Below are positions 29,384 through 40,517 of a stretch of DNA of 43,808 bases, piece by piece (within the stretch, counting starts at the first letter, position 1; each line of letters starts with the position of its first letter). The position numbers and the translations under genes are program-made. The stretch lies in contig JAUCBJ010003668.1 in NCBI GenBank assembly GCA_032718475.1, positions 1 to 43,808 on the forward strand. The letters are read 5' to 3'. A model generated the notes under the pieces. That model saw only the letters and a list, made by a program, of their open reading frames with translations. It searched no databases and was not told the DNA's origin. The stretch is from Nemertoderma westbladi (Eukaryota; Animalia; Xenacoelomorpha).

Positions 29384-32029
29384 CTAATCACTTGCTTCAT
29401 CCTCATCGCTCGTTTCACTATCTTCGTCACTATATTTGCCGCTTTCTTGTTCCTCGTCACAATTTATCAAAATATTGCTGATGTCATAAGGGAAATACTC
29501 ATCCGACCAGTGGATGGATCCATCATCATTCCAGCCATGATCTGTGAATCTATTTATCGCGATAATACTATTTAGTGATGCTTTCCAGAGGTAAGCAACA
29601 TAGTTGGCTCGTTTTATATGGAGACTAAGTACTCTTTTACAAGGGGGCATTGTTGACAAGTCATGGCATCTATGTTTCTTTAGGCAGTGCAAATTGAAAA
29701 TCTGGTATCTAAGCTCATTGACAGTCCAATGTTGTTCTTGTTTGGTTGAATACAGTGAGCACACATACTTCTCTAACACCAATTCCGTCTCTGCAGTTAA
29801 TATTGTCGAGCTTCCAAGCTCGGCAAATATTCTTCTGAAGTTCGAACGCTTTTCAGCTATCTTCCAACAGCGTTTTTTAGATTTTCCAAAGAATGATGAA
29901 ACCTGATCGTTTCCTGTAAAAGCGTGTACTCCTAGTACGCAGTCTTTTAGTTCTGTTGGCATTTCGAAATCACTAATTCGCAATACCTTGCGGGATTTGT
30001 TCCTTCCATTATCTAAAATAACGTTTTGATCGTGAGGATGTCGAAAAAAATGTACTAACAGTAAAGTAATATCAATATCCCCAGAAGGAGAACGTATTAG
30101 TATTGGTGAATAGCCAAGTTTTAAAGCATCTTGAGTGTGTAGAATGATTTTAGTATCTGCCTCCTCCTGATTGCTTTGCAAGTACTCAACTTCGTTAACA
30201 GAATCTTTATCAATCTTACTACATGAACAGTACTTTGAAAATAATATAAATTTACATTGAAGGTCATCAATTATTCTCTCTTTGTTGAATACTATATGTT
30301 CTTGTATGATATCAATAAGTCTATTTTTATTGTCACTGTTGAGAAGAAAATCAGACAAATTTCTTGGCAGCATCGATTTCGGTGACTTAATGAGTATGGT
30401 TGTCGAAGTGCCTCGCCTACCAGGCTGCATATTACGTTGAAATTCAGCAGCCCTTAGAATATTATTTATGGGCCTACAGATTTCATGGTTATTTAAATCC
30501 CTGTACATTGTTGTACGTTCCGAGATTATTTCTTCAGAATCATTACAAGAATCTACAAATTCAACAATATTTGTGATATTAATGTTTCCATGGCCAGTAA
30601 CTGAATCGACTTTCTGGTTGAAGTTATCAAACCACCAAAACGCAGCTAAGTTTTTGGTATTTTCGCTGTGGTCAGGAGCCGATTCCACCAATGTCTCTAA
30701 TTCAGCTTCTGCTTCAGCAGACTCAATCTCACAAACCAACTTATAATTAATATTATGACCTAAGTGAGACAGTATTCTAATTGGAGTTTTCATTCCTATC
30801 ATGTTATGCAAGCCAAGGCCAACAAGAAAATGTTTCAATGTTACGAGTTTGCCGTTAGAAATAGCATTGATGACATCTGACATAAGGGAATTGATGTAAA
30901 CCTTACTTTTGTCGGCATTGAAATGGCCCTTTCTTTTTAATATTGAGTTAAAGAATGTCTCAAGTGATTTTGGGAATTCTTTCTGTATATCTTTCAGCGA
31001 CTCAATATTTGGTATCTTACCACCACTTATGTTTTCATGTTTGTCTATAAATTCGACAACATCATCATGGATATATTCAGCCGCATTCCTAATTATTATA
31101 TTCTTATCTTTGGCTATTGTATTTGATTGCAATGCGGATGAACTGGCTACAAGTTCTGGAGTTTTCCCATCAACCTGTAAGAAGGTAATTCTATCCTTAT
31201 ACTCTTGTTGGATCCGCTTCTTTAATGTACTGCGATAACTTCTTTCATTGTCTGTACCAAAACCTGTTCCATATGCTTTGTGTAAATTCAGAATAGACAA
31301 TATTCCTTCTCTGTGTATTATCTGGTTGTCGACGACTTCTTTAACTTTATCAAAATCCCCAACTTGATTTTCCGATTTATCCTTAGTTTGAGTTTCACGT
31401 ATAATTCTTGTGTATGATGCATAACAATCATCATGGACACACACACCTTTGGCAATTAAATCTACACTCTGTAACTCCAAGAGTAATTTAGAATCGTTTC
31501 TTTGGAAAGCAGCATCTTTTATTCTTTTATCGGCATCAAGAGTTAAAATCCGGTGAGCAGATTTCCATTTACCTTTAAAATACCTTCGCCTTTTGTGACA
31601 AAAAATGCAAGAATCCGGGAATAAGTCGCGCGAATTCTCGTTATCTCGACGATAACGCTTCGGCCTATCCGAATTCCCTCCCAGCATGATGAAATTCTCG
31701 TTATCCTGACACTTTCTTTTTGTGATGATAGAAATAATTTTAGTAAATTTTTTATAGCATGTGTCAGCATGAAGTCCATGCTCTTCAGTACTATAATTTT
31801 CAATTGGAATAGACTCACATTGGTCCAAATGTTTATTTTCTGGTACTGCATTATTGATTCTCAAAGTGCGAGCTTGCAAAATTCGTTGGTATTGATGCTG
31901 AGTAATTGGTTTTATAGGTTTTAATATGTTGATGTCTTTATAGTGTACAATGCAAACTGGTTTGGATGTCATCATTATAAATAATGTATAGAGTATAGTA
32001 TACACTTTTCTAAGATTTAGTACATCCAT
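29384..32029 (-). CDS. Academ protein (881 aa) with XPG/FEN1-like nuclease motifs; probably internally deleted
   Basis: CIFC...HDDCYASY; WFDNFN..DSVTG; FLLNSDNK; QEEADTKIILH; SGDIDI; HAFTGNDQVSSFFGKSK; NELRY; MPPC...HIKRANYVAYLW; GW. Confidence 0.8.
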   Translation of the reverse strand: MDVLNLRKVYTILYTLFIMMTSKPVCIVHYKDINILKPIKPITQHQYQRILQARTLRINNAVPENKHLDQCESIPIENYSTEEHGLHADTCYKKFTKIISIITKRKCQDNENFIMLGGNSDRPKRYRRDNENSRDLFPDSCIFCHKRRRYFKGKWKSAHRILTLDADKRIKDAAFQRNDSKLLLELQSVDLIAKGVCVHDDCYASYTRIIRETQTKDKSENQVGDFDKVKEVVDNQIIHREGILSILNLHKAYGTGFGTDNERSYRSTLKKRIQQEYKDRITFLQVDGKTPELVASSSALQSNTIAKDKNIIIRNAAEYIHDDVVEFIDKHENISGGKIPNIESLKDIQKEFPKSLETFFNSILKRKGHFNADKSKVYINSLMSDVINAISNGKLVTLKHFLVGLGLHNMIGMKTPIRILSHLGHNINYKLVCEIESAEAEAELETLVESAPDHSENTKNLAAFWWFDNFNQKVDSVTGHGNINITNIVEFVDSCNDSEEIISERTTMYRDLNNHEICRPINNILRAAEFQRNMQPGRRGTSTTILIKSPKSMLPRNLSDFLLNSDNKNRLIDIIQEHIVFNKERIIDDLQCKFILFSKYCSCSKIDKDSVNEVEYLQSNQEEADTKIILHTQDALKLGYSPILIRSPSGDIDITLLLVHFFRHPHDQNVILDNGRNKSRKVLRISDFEMPTELKDCVLGVHAFTGNDQVSSFFGKSKKRCWKIAEKRSNFRRIFAELGSSTILTAETELVLEKYVCSLYSTKQEQHWTVNELRYQIFNLHCLKKHRCHDLSTMPPCKRVLSLHIKRANYVAYLWKASLNSIIAINRFTDHGWNDDGSIHWSDEYFPYDISNILINCDEEQESGKYSDEDSETSDEDEASD

Positions 32030-32094
32030 ATTCCATAATGTATTTTATATTCAATATACAGTATAAACTGTTCTAAAAATATCAGCTATTTTTT

Positions 32095-32380
32095 AACAGT
32101 TCCGCAGAGCACTACTTTTTTATAATATAAGTCACTGTTACCATGGCAAGATTGTAGAGTTCTAGAACACAAAATATATAATATACACTATTGTAGAACA
32201 TAAATAATATAAAAAATATAACGTTCTAGAATATATAGCTTGTTATTTTTCAAATTTAAAATAGCTACTATAAAGATATAGAATTAATATAAAAAAAAAA
32301 TTTTGTTCTAGAACAAAATTTTTATATTAAATTAATAGATACTATGTTCTAGAACATTAAAAGTAATAAAAACTAGCTAG
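32095..32380. mobile_element. Left-end fragment of the GTTCTAGAAC MITE family inside Academ
   Basis: aacagttccg...gttaccatggcaagattgtagagttctagaac; similar to 34285-34460. Confidence 0.5.
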
Positions 32381-33949
32381 TATAACAAATTTGGGGGGGG
32401 GGGGGGTGTGCACAAAACACACTAGTACCACCATCCACGGTGGACGGCCTTCACATACGATCGCTGCGAATATAAGTATTAAATAGCTAAATTTTTAAGA
32501 ACATCGGCGGTACATACTGTAAACTACTAACTCTTATAAAAAAAAAACACAGTGGGCTGCTTTAAAACGACTTGATTGTGCCTGCGTGTTTAGTGTATAC
32601 AGTCAGTCGCCTAGAAACTACACAACGCCAGGTAATACATGTACAGTAAGGGAGTGCCGTTCACAGAATAGTTAGTTACCTTAGTAACTGTAGTAAATAT
32701 TTCCAAATGTCAGAGAGTATACTTTCTCTGAATATTCTCTGATTATCGTTTCCCCGATAATAATCGGGCTAATTGACTAGGAGGATTTAGTACTCATCCA
32801 AAATGAGTTGCATGGGTGAATGCAGAAATAATTAGCGCAAATTTTGATACATGTTTGAACGTGTTAAACCAAAGTAGCTACATTTTATGGCAGTTAATGT
32901 AAATGTTGGATTCTTAAAAAAAGTGAATGTATTTTGTTCTCATGTAAATTTATCGCATTTAAAAAATACAAGTGGCGATATATTTGTATTTAAATTTATC
33001 GCCGGTCTTCCCTCTATAAGAAAAATGTTCATTTGAAAAAATTGATTGCATTTATATTCAACCAGAGGGCCCAACATAGAGTTAGGTAGGGGTCGGCTAG
33101 CTAGCTTGTTTTTGGCCTGTAGTTCTAGAATGCAAATTAGCTATACCGATCACCAACTGTGTTCTGACGTCTAACATGGTCCTCCATCCAAAAATAATAG
33201 TCTCGTTAATTTACCGAAGGTATTGCGCTTAACGCCGCCAGAGCCCGTACTAATTTAGATTGTAATATACTCTACGTACAATTACATTTTGTTACGTTTA
33301 AATTTTTTATGCTAGCTAGTTTTTGTTTCTTTTTTTAAAGGTTCTAATAAATGGATATAAATCTAATAAATATTATCTATTCATTTAATATAAAAATTTT
33401 GTTCTAGAACAAATATTTTTTGTTCTAGAACTTAAAAAAGCACTAGCTAATTTGTTAATTTTTTAAATTTTTTATTGTATGTTATCTTTGTATAAAATTT
33501 TTATAGTAGCTAGTTTTTGTTTCTTTTTTGTTTAAATTTTCTAGAACATATTATCTATTCATCCAATATAATAATGTTGTTCTAGAACAAATATTTTTTA
33601 TTCTAGAAGCACTAGCTAATTTGTTAATTTTGTTAATTTTTTATTGTATGTTATCTTTGTATAAATTTTTTATACTAGCTAGTGTTTGTTACTTTTTTTT
33701 TAATGTTCTACAACCTATTATCTATTCATTTAATATAGAAATTATTTCGTTATAGAACAAAAATTTTAAGATCATTTTATTATATCAAAAAATTGCTATA
33801 ATGGCACGGCAAAGTGTAAGAGTCCCACCTTGGTGATCTCGGCCAACTTCGGTATCGAGGTATGGAAAGTAGCAGTTCCATTTCCTATGTCAGGCCATGG
33901 CCCAGATAGACCACTATTCTGTTTCAGTAGAAATAATGTTTAGTAGAAT

Positions 33950-34270
33950 GCAGCAATTTGGTCTAGTGGTGACATTTATGGGCTTCCAATTAGGAATCCC
34001 TGGTTCGATGCCTAGATGGCGCGATCACTGTTTGGGCATAGTGCTTTAAATGCTGACGCCTAGCCCAACACTGGCTTTCATCCTTCAGTGGTCGATAAAT
34101 GGGAACCAAGGAAACCTGGGAATCAGAGTGGATGGGTTTACTGTGGAAGATCACCCATGGTTGTGAACAGGCATTCCTTTAGGAAACAGAGGGGAAGAGT
34201 TTACTGTGAAAGATCACCCAGAGGTGAACAGGCATCCCTTGGCTTAACGAGCCTAAACGATTCTCCCATT
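33950..34270 (+). mobile_element. tRNA-derived SINE
   Basis: A box TGGTCTAGTGG (~33959), B box GGTTCGATGCC (~34002), central gctttcatccttcagtggtcgataaatgg resembling the Deu/Nin-type SINE domain, and an internal ~45-bp duplication (34136, 34199). Confidence 0.7.
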
Positions 34271-34278
34271 CATTATTC

Positions 34279-34949
34279 CGTTAGAGTTCCGTATAGAACT
34301 GCATTTTAAAACATATGTCATTGTCACTATGGCAACATTGAAGAGTTCTAGAACAATAGAAAAGTATTATATACTATTCTAGAACATAAATAAAATAAAA
34401 AATATAATGTTCTAGATCATATAGCTAGTTTTTCTTTAATGTTAAAATAGCTAGTAAATTTAAAAAAATATCAAATTTGGTAGATAAATTTCCTAATAAA
34501 TAAATAATATAGGCCTAAAATAAATTTTTTTGTATTACTAGCTATTTTAAATTTGAAAAATAACTAGCTATATGTTCTATAACATTATATTATTTGTATT
34601 ATTTATGCTCTAGAATAGTGTATAATACATATAATATTACATAAATAAAACATATAGCTAGTTTTTCATAATTTTAAAATAGCTAGTAAATTTAACAAAT
34701 AATACAATTTGATACGGGTAGATTTATTTTTTAATAGTAATATAAATAAATAATTTTTTTTTATTACTAGCTATTTTAAATTTAAAAAAAGTACTAACTA
34801 TACAGCATGTTCTAGAACAATATTTTGTTTATTTTATTTTTGTTCTAGAATAGTGTATATTATATATTTTTTGTTCAAGAACTCTTCACTGTTGCCATGG
34901 TAACAATGATTTATGTTATAAAAATGCAGTTCTATACGGAACTGTTACC
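34279..34949. mobile_element. Merlin-like MITE with long imperfect TIRs
   Basis: agttccgtatagaactgcatttt... / ...aaaatgcagttctatacggaactgttacc. Flanks CATTATTC / CATTATTA (8-bp TSD, 1 mismatch). Confidence 0.7.
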
Positions 34950-35003
34950 CATTATTATGTTTCATACAAATTAAAAAAGGTAAAGTAACTGTATAAACGT
35001 AAA

Positions 35004-36118
35004 GGTACTACTATGTTATGGGTACCCACTTTTTGACCGTTTATTTGACCACGTTAATTTCTATTATCTTGAGATTTTTTGTTTTAGAACATTAATGTCA
35101 TCTTCTGTTAGACGTTAGCTATTGTTTTTTTTATGGTAGCTAGTGATTTCTTTTAGGTAGCTACTGTTTTTAAAATTACAAAACCAAATTTTTGGTACAG
35201 GGTACCTAATTTTTGATCAATTTTTTTACCATATTATTGGATATTATCATGATGTTTTTCGTTCTAGAACATAAATTTCACCTTCTGAGAGAGGTTACAT
35301 ATTATTTTTTATTAAGGTAGCTAGTGATTTTAAAGGTAGCTAGTGATCTTAAAATTACAAAATAATATTTTGGACCATGTTAATGGATATTATCAAGATG
35401 GTTTTTTGTTCTAGAACATAAATTATTTTACCTTCTGAGAGAGGTTAGTATGGTAGCTAAAGTGTTTTTAAAGGTAGATAGTGATCTTAAAATTACAAAA
35501 GAAATTTTGTAGTGCCCCTTTTATTTAGACAATTTCCATATCATCAATATTCTCGAAATGACTAATAAAAAGATAAATAAATCCAGTAATAAGTAAAATA
35601 GGCATAAATAAGTAAAATATGTAAAAACTCTATTTTTGACATCTGCCTATATTTTGTATAAAAAACATTAAAAACAAACAATTACTAGCTACTTTGACTA
35701 TCAAATAAAAATTACTAGCTGCCATCACTCATAAATTATTCCATGCAAATATATAATTGAGAATTAAATTACCGGTATATCTTACATTTACTAGCTAATA
35801 AATAGTACTAGCTAACACAAAATTAAAAGTACTAGCTACCATCTTACTGTCAGAAGGTCAAATATTTGTTCTAGATAAAAAACCTCATAATAAAATATAT
35901 TTTTACAAGAAAAAAGTTGGTCAATTTTTTTTTCAATTTTTCAATTATAATTTTTTTCACTAGCTAATAAAAAGTATAACACAAAATCAAAATTACTAGC
36001 TACCATCGTACTGGCAGAAGGTTAAATATTTGTTCTAGAACAAAAAACCTCATGATAAAAGCCATTTTCATATGAAAAAATTTGTTTAAAAAGTGGGTAC
36101 CCATAACATAGTAGTACC
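35004..36118. mobile_element. Merlin-like MITE
   Basis: 30-bp perfect TIR GGTACTACTATGTTATGGGTACCCACTTTT with GG...CC ends. 8-bp TSD AACGTAAA (34996-35003, 36119-36126). Confidence 0.85.
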
Positions 36119-36171
36119 AACGTAAATATATCGCTGGCTGAACCTGTTGGAAACAGCAGTCGCTTATAAAG

Positions 36172-36783
36172 GCGACACTACCGTGCGACACTACCGTGCG
36201 ACACTACCGTACGACTCTACCGTGTGACACTACTGTGCGACACTGCCGTACAACACTATCTTGCAACACTACCGTACGACACTGCCGTACGTCACTACCG
36301 TACGTCACTTCCGTGCGACACTACCGTGCGACACTACCGTGCGACACTGCCGTGTGACACTACCGTGCGACACTAACATGTGATACTAACGTGTGACACT
36401 ACCGTGCCACACTACCGTGCGACACTAGCATGCGACACTACCGCGCGGCACTACCGTTCGACACACTACCGTGCGACACACTACCGAGCGACACAACCAT
36501 GCGACACTACCGGGCGACACACTACCGAGCGACACTACCGTACGACACTACCGTGCGACACTAGCGTGCGGAACTACCGTTCGACACACTACCGTGCGAC
36601 ACACTACCGAGCGACACAACCATGCGACACTACCGGGCGACACACTACCGAGCGACACTACCGTACGACACTACCGTACGACACTACCGTGCGGCACTAC
36701 CGTACGACACTACCGTGCGACACTGCCGTACGACACTACCGTGCGACACTGCCGTACGACACTACCGCGCGGCACTATCGTGC
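36172..36783 (+). repeat. 13-bp minisatellite (GACACTACCGTGC)n with a ~123-bp higher-order duplication
   Basis: Read directly. The variant string ...taccgttcgacacactaccgtgcgacacactaccgagcgacacaaccatgc... occurs at about 36452 and 36575. Confidence 0.92.
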
Positions 36784-37559
36784 AGTCTGCGTGGTCCAGA
36801 GTATTCTGCGTGGTTCAGAAGGTGTCATTTAAGCACCTTGCACAATAGCTATCATCAATGGAGAATACTCGAGATGTGCCTATAGAAGTTTATTGTTACT
36901 AAGTTAGTGATTACGTTGCGGCGTTCCGTCCTATAAGCGACAACGCTGCAAAGTTGTTCTTTGCTGGCTGCGATATGTATGAGAATATCGCCTGAACGTT
37001 GATAGTTGAGATATGTAACGTAATTATGTCGCACCCAGTAAACAGTGAGTGACCCTTAAATTTTTCTGAGTTCTCATTAAGATTTGTTTACATTTTAATT
37101 TTCATGGGTGGGGGGTGTACATGAATTACTAACACGTTATTTGAGTAAATGGTATACAGAATGTACGGTAGTGTCAGTAAACTTGCTACACTATCTTTAT
37201 TGGAATCATATTGTATTGTTAACCAATTTGAAGATGTTTCGCTACATAATTTACGTTAATACGTTAAATACGACTATAGTTCTGGAACAAATAGTCGCCT
37301 TATAACTAACAACCTTTCACCTGGTAATTGCCTAGTAGATTGCTTTGCTGATGTTATGAAACAACACAAATACAACATAGCATGCCCCAAAATATAGTGT
37401 GGGAATTCATTTACACGACCACCCCCCGCCCCTAAATTTTTCTCCCATCCCATCTACCTATTCTTCTACAAATTTGATTGCATGCTTTTTGAAACTACTA
37501 CTGTACTACTATAATCGGTCTGCTGCATTGGAACTGAACATTGATATGATATGCTGGCT

Positions 37560-39180
37560 TAACAAAAATATTTTGCCGTCACCATGCAATCCACAATTGT
37601 CAAGCCCAATGCAACGTGCATTAAGAATGTTATGCCTGCTTATCAACAAAGTTGCACCGCCATAACTCCTATCCCCCATGACTTTCGCGAGATTATCCGC
37701 ATCTTCAAGGCTAGTGTCCCAAGAGGCTTCTCAGGAAAGTCATGGGCAACACAATACGCTTATTTTTTCCATGGGGCTGCCAAAGCGCAAGATTGTGCAC
37801 AGGCTGGCCCTTGCGGTGAAAACAATGTCCTGCAAAGTGGAGGCGGCTTTATTCAAGTGTCGGGCTTGGGGGAACCAATGAGACTCTTGCAATGTTATAT
37901 AGAGTCGGGTTGGAGATGTACCTTTTGAATTTGACACAGTGAACACGTAGCATTTTTGTGAATGTGCCATCCAAAGATTTGGTGTCCTCAGCAGTTAGAG
38001 CCCAGCATGGACTCCCATAGAGGAGTACTGGAATTACTGCTGCTCTAAATAATCGGATCTTAAGTTTCCGATTAATTCGATGTGAATTCCAAATCCTGGA
38101 AAGCCCATTCAATGCGGCCCATGCCTTTCCCTTACGTATTCGAAGGTCCTCACCTGACTTCCGGATCCATGATTCCAGGTAACAGAAGTCGTCCATATGC
38201 TCAAGCATACCATCCTTTGAGCTTATGCTCATACGGACCAACATTTCCTGAAGACTTTCAAAGTTAACTGTCAAAATATTGGTCTTCTTGGAGTTAACAA
38301 AAAGACCAACACGAGAAGCCTGTTCTAAAATGAGCCGTTGGACGCTTACTGGAGCCAGTAAGTGGAGTTTCCATCACCCATACATAGAACATATTCAACC
38401 AAAATTATACATAAGAATGGTCCAAGTGTGTCTCCCTGGAGGACTCCCCATAACTCTTCGAATGGTTCTGTGTCCTCGTCAATAGTAGACACAAATGTCG
38501 TCAAACCATCGTATACTGATCTGATAGTGATCGTATACTGGTACAATTGGTCTTAATGCTCTTTGCAGCAGCCTTCACTTCAGCAAAGGAGATATCGCCA
38601 ATGGGAATATCTGGGAGTACTGACTCAGGCATGTTTACTTCTATAAAGTTACCCTATCATTATTTAGGAGGTGGGCCTTCCCCTTCCAAAGATTGAGGCG
38701 ATCGGCTGGTGATTCTGCCTTAACCTTGGTGGTTGGTTGGCTTTTCCGCCCAGTCAGCAAGTTGATCGATAGCGGCATCATTGATTGCATCAACCTGCTG
38801 GTTGATTAGCTCCTGTAGATTAACAGAGTATTGCCTGTTCAAGATTCAAAAAACTCTTTCTGTGTCTTAGTGAGATACTCTCGGCACTTCTGAATTCAGT
38901 GGTCCGTCCAGGGTGCCTCCTGCTTAGAAGGTATACTATGGAACGGAACTGATTTTGCAGCTGCTGCCTTAACCGCCTCTGTGAAGTCAGTATAGCTCTC
39001 ACAATGATCTGCTGCCTCAGATAAAAGGGCCTCATACCTGTTGCTCAGCACTAATGTGAAACTGGATCTCACAATGTGCTGTTGCAATAGAGAGGATCAA
39101 TCATGCCGCGGCAAGGCAGATTTCTTAGTTCTGCTAGCGCGGAGACGAAGTCTTACCTTAGCCACAATAAGTCGAAATTA
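37560..39180 (-). mobile_element. RTE-clade LINE, degenerate longer fragment
   Basis: Same family as 24060-24850. Also has the RT motif GVLQGDTLGPFL (38346-38546) and LSNRYEAL upstream. Multiple frameshifts and deletions. Confidence 0.88.
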
Positions 39181-40517
39181 GAAACATAGTCTGTTTGACC
39201 TCCATCCATCCTCCTTATTGTGTTATTTTTATTTTTGCATTCAATCTTTAGCTACAAGCGTTTGAAAAAGGTGTCTCCGTCGATATAGAACCAGTTATTC
39301 CTTAACCATTTAGGGGTTTGTTGGTATTGATGGAAAGCTGGCCATGCAAGGATTCCAAATAAATGTAACACAATCTGAATTTTGTTGAAAAACAGCTGAG
39401 ATATGGGCATTTGAATGTTGAACAGATTTGCAACTGCGCGAGACTATTTTATTAAATTTAATAAATACACCATATTCTAGAACATTTCTGTTTATATATG
39501 AATAGCAGGTACGAGTATTATTACATCATGACCGTAATATAGTGTCATTTACTGCTGATAAGGAACCCATGCCAAATTTTTATAGTTTAACTCACCGTGG
39601 TTGTTACTATGAAGCCTGATTATTCGATTTTGCATTTCAATTATTTTATAAGTGTTTTTCAAAATGTCGCTAGAGAAAAAAACTGAGAATTATCGCTACT
39701 TTTTAACGCCCGTAGCTCGGCAACTATTGTAACCGAAACTCAGACAATGGGATAATTCAAGTATTGTCATCATAAAAAAAAAGTTGTGATCACATTGAGC
39801 TGATAAGGGACCCACCACCCATAATCAAGGAACATCACCAAACCCATCCCCAAGTGATGTCCAAAAACACTTAAATAAATGACCACTTTGTTGTGTAACT
39901 GAAATATGTACTAAAACATCTCAAACGACTAATGTGTAGAATGGCTACGACAAAAAGGTTACGATTTCATGAATGACACATTTTTGAAAGGCTTAGATAA
40001 AATTGAAAGTCAAAATCTAAAATTCTGGCTTAATGTTCACATAGGCGGTGACTTGAACTAGTTCTGTCTGAAATTTTATGTAATTTGAAAATTATGCAGA
40101 AAATTTACACAATTTGAAAATTTGCAGAAAATTATGAGGGGGGGGGGGGATAATGTCATCAGAAAATTACAATATATTTCACTGATGATGGTGAACCTTG
40201 TGTCTTTTAAGGAAATTCAAATTCTAACTGCGGATCTGGTAAAAACTGTATATATGATTATTGAAATATTAGCATTCGCTCGCACGTGCAAACCTGCCAA
40301 ATCGTGCAAAAGTGAGACAATCTGAATTTCGGTTAACTGATTTAGTGGTAAGGAGTTTTAATAGAATACTGAAAAAATAAATAATTACAGGTACTGAATT
40401 TACATATAATTGACATTACAAGTTTCAGCACTTTCTCGAACCAAATAATTCCAATGCACAGTATCTGTGATGATTAAGGTATAATTTCGAGTCATTAAAT
40501 TGTATTGTGAATTATTT

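Larger units (their letters stand above)
27686..33252 (-). mobile_element. Academ (AcademX-type) DNA transposon
   Basis: 571-bp near-perfect TIRs (27686-28256, 32682-33252) with TAG...CTA termini and a 3-bp TSD ATT (27683-27685, 33253-33255). Encodes an XPG/PIN-like ORF. Confidence 0.85.

Noticed and set aside
36380-36885. Three overlapping ORFs (150, 125, 87 aa)
   Set aside because: Translations of the stop-free 13-bp minisatellite.
39200-40390. Possible further non-autonomous DNA transposon
   Set aside because: It has repeat-like texture, but I could not define TIRs or a TSD.
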